This document shows, piece by piece, positions 58,422 through 64,000 of a DNA stretch of 64,000 bases (within the stretch, counting starts at the first letter, position 1; each line of letters begins with the position of its first letter). The position numbers were made by a program, and so were the translations under genes. This DNA is from Escherichia phage ECOP18, in sequence record NC_105825.1, one strand, 5' to 3'. The notes beneath the pieces are model-generated. The model did no database searches, was not told the DNA's origin, and worked only from the letters and a program-made list of their open reading frames with translations.

Positions 58422-58572
58422 TAAATTTATATTGCTGACTAGGATTTTCACCTAGACGGAGTTAGCACCGTAGCGTGTAGCGGCATACCTCTCCAAACCG
58501 TGCCTCATCTTTCAATTACGGAGACAGTGTTCCTACGCGTGCCTGAATTGATTTAACAACTCTTTCAGCAAA

Positions 58573-58649
58573 TTGGACGACCGCATGAGATTTGAACTCA
58601 CATAAAAAGGATTTGCAATCCTTCGCCTAAGCCATTCAGCCAACGGTCG
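58573..58649 (-). tRNA. tRNA-Cys (anticodon GCA)
   Basis: Manual fold: acceptor CGACCGT/GCGGTCG, loop TTGCAAA. Confidence 0.6.
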
Positions 58650-58718
58650 ATTTATCTTGTTCTGTCATGTTGCTTCTCCAGTTCAATTTATGTAATTATT
58701 ATACAGAACTTTTGGAAA

Positions 58719-59006
58719 CTAAGCAACTACATTTTTTAAAAATTTGATGCCTTTCTTTTTCTTCTTATATTTCCACGTTAAGGGATTCTGTCGATTATGA
58801 ACGCTTGAGATCTTTGTCTCGTCAAAGTTCTTCAATATCATGTAATCACAGGATAATTGTTCTAATGGAATGTGATCACCGTCAAAAGCGTATACATAAG
58901 GCTGTTGACTAGCACGATAATGATAGACTTTGTTAATTCTACGTTTCAGCAACTTATCCGCGCAGTAAATAAAGAAGTTTTCAGGATGCATCAGCAGCTC
59001 CCTCAA
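58719..59006 (-). CDS. hypothetical protein (95 aa)
   Basis: ORF track. Confidence 0.4.
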   Translation of the reverse strand: MRELLMHPENFFIYCADKLLKRRINKVYHYRASQQPYVYAFDGDHIPLEQLSCDYMILKNFDETKISSVHNRQNPLTWKYKKKKKGIKFLKNVVA

Positions 59007-59089
59007 TTTGGTGCACCCTGTTCGTATCGAACGAACCTCTCAAGCTCTTCAGGCAAGCGCTAATCCATCTCAGCTAAAGGTGCAAATTT

Positions 59090-59166
59090 TGGCAAACCTA
59101 CTAGGACTTGAACCTAGACCGTACGGTTTTGGAGACCGACATGCTGTCCAGTAACACTCTAGGAAT
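59090..59166 (-). tRNA. tRNA-Trp-like (anticodon CCA), imperfect acceptor stem
   Basis: Manual fold: T-arm CTAGG-TTCAAGT-CCTAG, loop CTCCAAA; two acceptor mismatches. Confidence 0.4.
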
Positions 59167-59173
59167 GCAGGAT

Positions 59174-59250
59174 TGGCGTCCTGTGCGGGGATCGAACCCA
59201 CAAATCCTACCTTGAAAGGGTAGTGACTTTACCAGTTTGTCTAACAGGAC
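59174..59250 (-). tRNA. tRNA-Glu (anticodon TTC)
   Basis: Manual fold: acceptor GTCCTGT/ACAGGAC, anticodon stem CTACC/GGTAG, loop CTTTCAA. Confidence 0.7.
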
Positions 59251-59257
59251 TTAAATT

Positions 59258-59348
59258 TGGTGTTGGATGATGGAGTCGAACCACCCGAGACCCTTCCGAG
59301 TCGGCAGATTTACAGTCTGCTTCGCTACCTCTACGATACTAATCCAAC
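59258..59348 (-). tRNA. tRNA-Tyr (anticodon GTA), long variable arm
   Basis: Manual fold: acceptor GTTGGAT/ATCCAAC, anticodon stem GCAGA/TCTGC, loop CTGTAAA. Confidence 0.7.
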
Positions 59349-59476
59349 ATATTTAAAAGTATTCAAATACTAGTTTAAACACTTTTAGATATGTTTCCAA
59401 ATTAGATAACTATTATATCAAGTTTTATGGCACTGAGCAAGTCAAATTTTAAAGAACTTGCTCAGTGCTGTATTAG

Positions 59477-59752
59477 TTAGTCGAACTTAGGAGCGACAGT
59501 TAAGGAGAATGGAAGTTCGAAAACTTCTTCGCCCTCATCACTAACAGTAATTACACGACCTTTAAGTTCAGACATTGAAATATCAATATCAGCTTTTGCA
59601 TCTGGAGCCATGCCAGCTTCAATACATTTAGCTTTAACTTCCGGCAGAAGTTCTACATCGTAGAAATAAAGCCATTCAATCTCACCTTCCCAGCCTTCCC
59701 AGGATTTACAGATTGCACTTTCAATACCAGTTGCTATAACACGATTTTGCAT
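59477..59752 (-). CDS. hypothetical acidic protein (91 aa)
   Basis: ORF track. Confidence 0.4.
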   Translation of the reverse strand: MQNRVIATGIESAICKSWEGWEGEIEWLYFYDVELLPEVKAKCIEAGMAPDAKADIDISMSELKGRVITVSDEGEEVFELPFSLTVAPKFD

Positions 59753-59781
59753 TCGTTAACTCCTTCATCAATTTATATAAC

Positions 59782-59810
59782 TATTATACCAGAAATTTAA
59801 AGCAAAAGGC
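59782..59810 (-). promoter_or_regulatory. early sigma70-type promoter (-35 TTGCCT, 17 bp, -10 TATAAT)
   Basis: Read on minus strand. Confidence 0.55.
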
Positions 59811-59842
59811 AAGTACATTTTTAAAAATTCTGTTTGGAGGAG

Positions 59843-60049
59843 CTAAACTCCAGATTCTTCAGCTAAGTCTAGGCTAATAAGAGATATAGCCATAATTGCT
59901 GCTCCGTGTTCTCTTTCTCCTGTCTCTTTAGCTAGGGTTATAATATCAAGAAATTGCTTATGAAAGTCTGCAACCTCTTGAGTCATACCTGCCTCAGCAA
60001 TCATGCCTTTAAGCATGAAACGTTGTGCGGTAATTTCGGGATTAGCCAT
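59843..60049 (-). CDS. hypothetical protein (68 aa)
   Basis: ORF track. Confidence 0.4.
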   Translation of the reverse strand: MANPEITAQRFMLKGMIAEAGMTQEVADFHKQFLDIITLAKETGEREHGAAIMAISLISLDLAEESGV

Positions 60050-60224
60050 GTTGTTTCTCCAGTTTCATGTTTAATAGTCTACAAATAAAATCAATGTCTT
60101 CATCTGTGCCTAGATCTCTATCTTCAAGAGTTGCCTTGAAGTTTTTCGTCAATTCCATGAGGATAACTTCTATAGAACGACGTGTTGGCGGAGGTGGATG
60201 TCTATACATCTTATTTCCTTAAGT

Positions 60225-60301
60225 TGGTAGGGGTGGTGGGATTCGAACCCACAAAACCTGAATTTTAAGTCCAGTACCTATGCCAATTCGATTACACCCC
60301 C
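60225..60301 (-). tRNA. tRNA, anticodon loop reads TAA (Leu-type anticodon on short-variable-arm scaffold)
   Basis: Manual fold: acceptor GGGGGTG/CACCCCT, T-arm GTGGG-TTCGAAT-CCCAC, loop CTTAAAA. Confidence 0.5.
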
Positions 60302-60402
60302 ATGTAATCAGTTTATTAGTTGATACATATTATAGCCTAGTGAAAATCCTACTACTAGTCCCACAAACCAACCAATATAATAATCTTTTAGTTTCACAGG
60401 TA

Positions 60403-60588
60403 TTATCCTCGTTCAATATCTAGGGAAACACCGCAGTTAGGATTAATACCTGTACCGTTGCAATTTGAACAAATCCAGATATTGCAAAAAGTATCTCCTG
60501 CTTCTGCATCAGAACTTTCACCAATTCCCCTACACTCAGGGCAGGCACATTCTTCTAGCTCTTGCTTGAGTTCTTGAAACTTGGACAT
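60403..60588 (-). CDS. zinc-ribbon protein (61 aa)
   Basis: CxxC...CxxC pairs. Confidence 0.4.
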   Translation of the reverse strand: MSKFQELKQELEECACPECRGIGESSDAEAGDTFCNIWICSNCNGTGINPNCGVSLDIERG

Positions 60589-60597
60589 ATAGTCTCC

Positions 60598-60790
60598 TTA
60601 GTCAATTACTTTTGAGGCTTCAAGGGAGTCGATATAGTATACGTTTTCTACCATAATCATATAATCTGCCACTTTATCCATAGCTTGGGCCTCAGAGGTA
60701 GCTCTGGCTAACCTATATCCTTTTTTATATTCATCCGGGTATTCTCTATCTTGAATAAATACAACATAAACTATGTATAATTCCACTTGT
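60598..60790 (-). CDS. hypothetical protein (~63 aa, GTG start)
   Basis: RBS aggggа-like AGGGGA 6 nt upstream of GTG at 60788-60790; ORF-track N-terminal extension overlaps two tRNAs and is rejected. Confidence 0.3.
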
Positions 60791-60816
60791 AATCCCCTAA
60801 TTAAGTTGGTGGCTCC

Positions 60817-60894
60817 CCGAGGATTCGAACCTACGTACCTTCCGGTTATGAGCCGGGTGCTCATACCATATGAGCTTGAGAACCAGAATTTGGC
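60817..60894 (-). tRNA. tRNA, anticodon CAT (Met, fMet or Ile2), extended D hairpin
   Basis: Manual fold: acceptor GGTTCTC/GGGAGCC with two G-U pairs, loop CTCATAA. Confidence 0.45.
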
Positions 60895-60900
60895 GGAAGA

Positions 60901-60989
60901 AGTGGGAATCGAACCCACAAGGCTATATTTCAAACCGACAGATTAGCAATCTGCTGCAATACCGTTATGCTATTCTTCCGAATTTATAA
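60901..60989 (-). tRNA. tRNA-Ser (anticodon GCT), long variable arm
   Basis: Manual fold: acceptor GGAAGAA/TTCTTCC, T-arm GTGGG-TTCGATT-CCCAC, loop TTGCTAA. Confidence 0.6.
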
Positions 60990-61000
60990 GATATATTATA

Positions 61001-61570
61001 TTAGAAATTTAGCTTCATAGCAAGAAAATTTTTCAAGTTTTCGGTAGACATCTCATCCACATCTACGGGAGAAACAAAGCCGTTTAATTTTCTAGCAAAT
61101 TTTTCACCCGCAGGATCGTTGTCTCCGACAGCTACCAATTTAAAAGGTAATAATTTCAGTTGCTTTAATAACGCTTTTCCTGGAGAAGAACCTAACATTG
61201 CCAGGGCTGGATAACCAGCGTTATGTAGCGCAACTGCCTTAAATACAGATTCAGCGATCAATACTACTTTTTCATCTCCATTGAGAGTTTCTAGTCCCCA
61301 TACACACTGGGTAGTAGAATAAGTAAAATATTTAGCTTCAAAGGGACACTTACTATGACCTTTTGGAGCAGAAGGATTATACGTCTGATAGCCTCGCAAC
61401 ATCCCGGAGAAGTCATACAACGGGACTGTTAGCCATCCTTCCGGACTTAACCAGCAATGATATTTATCTGTATCAAATCCTCTGGATAAGAGGTGCTGTG
61501 TTAGCTCATCAACATTCATATTTGGTTCCTCTCTCAAATTTATAGATATATTATACAGAGAATTTAGCAT
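61001..61570 (-). CDS. small Toprim-domain protein (189 aa)
   Basis: Toprim-like acidic motif LVAVGDNDPAGEKFARKL preceded by a Glu-containing strand (VLIAESVFKA); N-terminal Cys/His pairs. Confidence 0.45.
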   Translation of the reverse strand: MLNSLYNISINLREEPNMNVDELTQHLLSRGFDTDKYHCWLSPEGWLTVPLYDFSGMLRGYQTYNPSAPKGHSKCPFEAKYFTYSTTQCVWGLETLNGDEKVVLIAESVFKAVALHNAGYPALAMLGSSPGKALLKQLKLLPFKLVAVGDNDPAGEKFARKLNGFVSPVDVDEMSTENLKNFLAMKLNF

Positions 61571-61578
61571 TCAAGCAA
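61550..61578 (-). promoter_or_regulatory. early sigma70-type promoter (-35 TTGCTT, 17 bp, -10 TATAAT)
   Basis: Read on minus strand. Confidence 0.6.
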
Positions 61579-61694
61579 TCAAATTTTTTAACTTTTTAGA
61601 GGAAAATCATAGGGCACTTAAGGGTAGCAGATAAGTGGGGAGGACCAAAATTTGTGACCCCACTAAAAATCCGGGGGCAATTTTTAAAGACCCC

Positions 61695-61723
61695 TTGACA
61701 TTTTCGCTGGGGTAGTGTAAAGT
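61695..61723 (+). promoter_or_regulatory. sigma70-type promoter (-35 TTGACA, 17 bp, -10 TAAAGT)
   Basis: Upstream of plus-strand island; RBS aggaggtg follows. Confidence 0.5.
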
Positions 61724-61785
61724 ATATGTTATGGATGAGTGATCAAAGAGACACACATTTTCTATATACTAGGAGGTGTCAAAAT

Positions 61786-62775
61786 ATGACAGAAGAAGTA
61801 GCTAAGAGTCCTGAGACCGTCGCTAGCGTTGCAGCAGAACTGCACCGTCACGAGGAATCAGATAAGAAAAAGTGGGAGAAGGTCAGAGTCTACGAAGAAA
61901 AACATCGTGAACACGATGATGAAGAAGAAGATGACGATGATGAACATTGTCATAAATATGGAAAACATAAAATGCAAGAACCAGTAAACGTATTCACTAG
62001 TGGCTTCCCTGGCCTACTGGGTGGTTACCCAGCAAACGCAGGTGCTTTCGGTGGTGAAGGTATGGGACTATTCGGAGCTATCCTAATCGGTGCTCTATTA
62101 ACCGGCGGATTCGGTGGTTTCGGTGGATTCGGTGGACGTGGTGTAGTTGGTGAAGGTACCGCAGTTGATGCAGTACTTCAGAACCAAGATACCGCTAGTA
62201 TTCTAGCAGCTATCAACACTACTCGTACAGAGGCTAACCAGGGTACTGGAGCTGTTTTAAGCGCAGTTAACAATGGTTTTAGCCAGACAACCCAAAACCA
62301 GAGCCGTGATACTCAGTCTGTACTAACTACGATCTACGGTACAGGTGCTAATCTGTCTAATCAGATCTGCCAGGAAACTCGCAACGTTATTCAGGGTCAG
62401 TTCGATCTTTCTCGCCAGATTGATCAATCTTTCGCAGCTAACCAGATAGCTCGTGCACAAGATAAGTTTGATTCTGCACAGATCGCTTTCCAGCAGACTT
62501 TACAAACTAATAACCAGTTTGCCGCTGTTCAGGCTCAGATGTGTGCTAACCAGAACTCTCTGGAACGTCAGATCGCTGAATGTTGCTGTGAACTTCAGAC
62601 TGCGATCGCTGGTGTAACTACTGCGCGTATCCAGGATGAGTTAGACGCATGTCGCCTACGTGAAGCAATCGCTGCGGGTAGCGGTGCTAACGGTCAGGTA
62701 ATTAATCAAATCGCTTTAAGTCTTGGTGCTATCACTCAGACTCTGGCTGGTCTGCAGGCTAAACTGCCGGCTTAA
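61786..62775 (+). CDS. hypothetical protein with acidic N-terminus, glycine-zipper hydrophobic segment and Gln/Asn/Thr-rich C-terminus (329 aa)
   Basis: Start moved to ATG at 61786 with RBS aggaggtg; segment GLFGAILIGALLTGGFGGFGGFGG. Confidence 0.55.
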   Translation: MTEEVAKSPETVASVAAELHRHEESDKKKWEKVRVYEEKHREHDDEEEDDDDEHCHKYGKHKMQEPVNVFTSGFPGLLGGYPANAGAFGGEGMGLFGAILIGALLTGGFGGFGGFGGRGVVGEGTAVDAVLQNQDTASILAAINTTRTEANQGTGAVLSAVNNGFSQTTQNQSRDTQSVLTTIYGTGANLSNQICQETRNVIQGQFDLSRQIDQSFAANQIARAQDKFDSAQIAFQQTLQTNNQFAAVQAQMCANQNSLERQIAECCCELQTAIAGVTTARIQDELDACRLREAIAAGSGANGQVINQIALSLGAITQTLAGLQAKLPA

Positions 62776-62796
62776 TATTAAGGGGAGGAGCCCCTT

Positions 62797-63213
62797 ATGA
62801 GTAAATATGGTTTTGTAAATAACGGACTTAATCAAAGTATGGGCTCCCAGCAGCCCATTCCGGGTCTGGATAACCCCTACTTACAACAGTTGCAACAGCG
62901 TTTAGCAGAAGCGCAACAGATGCAGCAACAACTCCAGCAAAACCCTGGAAGTGTGAGTCCTATGCAAATGATGCAGCAAATGAGCGGGCAGTCGCAAATG
63001 CCTCAACAAATGCAGCAACAGGTGCCTCAGCAGCAAGTTCAGCAACAAACCCAACAACCGCAGGTTTCTGCGGAAGGACAGGCAGTACTAGCCCTTTTCG
63101 AAGACTTCGCAAAGACAGAGGATGGGAAACAGCTTGTATCACTTATGGGTAAGTTTAATAGCTTCTGCCAAAGCCAAGTTGCAAAAGCTCAAAATGGGGG
63201 TAGTAACTCCTAA
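62797..63213 (+). CDS. hypothetical Gln-rich low-complexity protein (138 aa)
   Basis: RBS ggggagg; long QQ-rich tract. Confidence 0.5.
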   Translation: MSKYGFVNNGLNQSMGSQQPIPGLDNPYLQQLQQRLAEAQQMQQQLQQNPGSVSPMQMMQQMSGQSQMPQQMQQQVPQQQVQQQTQQPQVSAEGQAVLALFEDFAKTEDGKQLVSLMGKFNSFCQSQVAKAQNGGSNS

Positions 63214-63222
63214 GGAGGAAAT

Positions 63223-63417
63223 ATGTGTTGCAGAAAATCTGTTTCGTGCTGCCCAGTGCCTGTAGCACGTTGTTGCTCTCCAGCAATGTTTACGCAAATA
63301 CCGGCGTTCAATCCCTTTGCCTTTAAACCTACTCTTATCCTGCCCCCTAGAGTAGATTTTCAGTCAAGATTGGCCTCCCGTATGGGTGGTTGCTGTACAC
63401 CGAGAGTATGGTTCTAA
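63223..63417 (+). CDS. small Cys-rich protein (64 aa)
   Basis: RBS aaggagg; CC and CxxC pairs. Confidence 0.4.
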   Translation: MCCRKSVSCCPVPVARCCSPAMFTQIPAFNPFAFKPTLILPPRVDFQSRLASRMGGCCTPRVWF

Positions 63418-63430
63418 ACCAAAAACAAAA

Positions 63431-63464
63431 GCCCCTGCCGAAAGGTAAGGGGCTTTTTCTTTTG
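63431..63464 (+). terminator. rho-independent terminator
   Basis: gcccct...aggggc hairpin followed by ttttt. Confidence 0.6.
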
Positions 63465-63472
63465 CCTTAAAT

Positions 63473-63507
63473 ACAGAAAAGCCCGCGCTCTCGTAGGAAA
63501 CGCGGGC
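63473..63507 (-). terminator. rho-independent terminator for convergent minus-strand gene
   Basis: gcccgcg...cgcgggc hairpin with U-run on minus strand. Confidence 0.5.
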
Positions 63508-63532
63508 TTGGTTCGAAGATTACGTGTAACTA

Positions 63533-64000
63533 TTACTTGTTACGCATATCCATGATCATTTGACCATCGTAGCCAGTACCTACCACAGTCTGAGGTACAC
63601 CACCTTGATACTTCTGAGCACGGATCATTTCAACTTCCAGTTGTTTCCAACGAATCATTTCAGGAGTAATGGTACGTTGCAATGCGGCGTTAGCTTCAGC
63701 TTCTTTCTTAGCTGCGTACAGTTTAGCATCTGCGTCACGTTCATTAGCAATAGCTTGGTTGTTACGAGCTTCACGATCTGCTTCTGCTTGTTTAACTTTT
63801 TGCTGTGCTTCCTGTTCAACGCGAGCAAGTTCAGCTTTCGCAGCATTAACTTGCTCTTCACGAACTTTGGTATTCTGTACCTGTTCCATGATTACTGGCG
63901 GCAAGGTAATATCCTGAAGGAATACCTGCTTAACTGTGTAACCATATGGGCGCGCATACTCTTCAACTTCCTGTTGAATTGCAGTTTGCAATTGAGCCTG
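63533..64000 (-). CDS. SPFH/band-7-like protein (partial; N-terminus beyond window end)
   Basis: C-terminal coiled-coil tail rich in Glu/Ala/Lys after a QDITLPP-type segment; resemblance is weak. Confidence 0.35.
   Translation of the reverse strand, partial: QAQLQTAIQQEVEEYARPYGYTVKQVFLQDITLPPVIMEQVQNTKVREEQVNAAKAELARVEQEAQQKVKQAEADREARNNQAIANERDADAKLYAAKKEAEANAALQRTITPEMIRWKQLEVEMIRAQKYQGGVPQTVVGTGYDGQMIMDMRNK

Noticed and set aside
60791-60933. N-terminal extension of the 111-aa minus-strand ORF 60598-60933.
   Set aside because: The extension overlaps two well-formed tRNA genes; a GTG start with RBS at 60790 gives a non-overlapping product.
61726-61785. Upstream ATG start for the 349-aa plus-strand ORF.
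   Set aside because: It overlaps the predicted -10 element and lacks an RBS; the ATG at 61786 is preceded by aggaggtg.

Overview
The window reads as a T5-like siphophage genome segment; all product names below are assigned by gene order, protein size and visible motifs compared with phage T5 from memory, not by any database search. Positions 1-22811 hold the late structural module on the minus strand: baseplate proteins, tape measure, tail tube, capsid, protease, decoration protein, portal, two homing-endonuclease genes, terminase and a 585-aa receptor-binding protein. Positions 22897-24664 hold a plus-strand Llp-like lipoprotein, four small membrane peptides and an HNH endonuclease. Positions 24840-29939 hold the pre-early genes dmp, A1 and A2 on the minus strand. 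Positions 29940-31046 are an intergenic control region with DnaA boxes, a LexA-type box, a Fur-like site and a Chi octamer. Positions 31047-34363 hold a compact plus-strand module of unknown function, and 34380-35770 is a non-coding repeat region. Positions 36078-53200 are early genes on the minus strand (lysis genes, phosphatases, dNMP kinase, a GrcA-like protein, many unknowns), each operon preceded by a conserved sigma70-type promoter. Positions 53240-60989 hold a minus-strand array of at least 23 tRNA genes interleaved with small ORFs. Positions 61695-63464 hold a plus-strand island of low-complexity proteins with its own promoter and terminator. The best candidates for an undescribed system are the 31047-34363 module and the 61695-63464 island; neither has a function I can assign from sequence. 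tRNA coordinates and anticodons were folded by hand and need tRNAscan-SE or ARAGORN confirmation.
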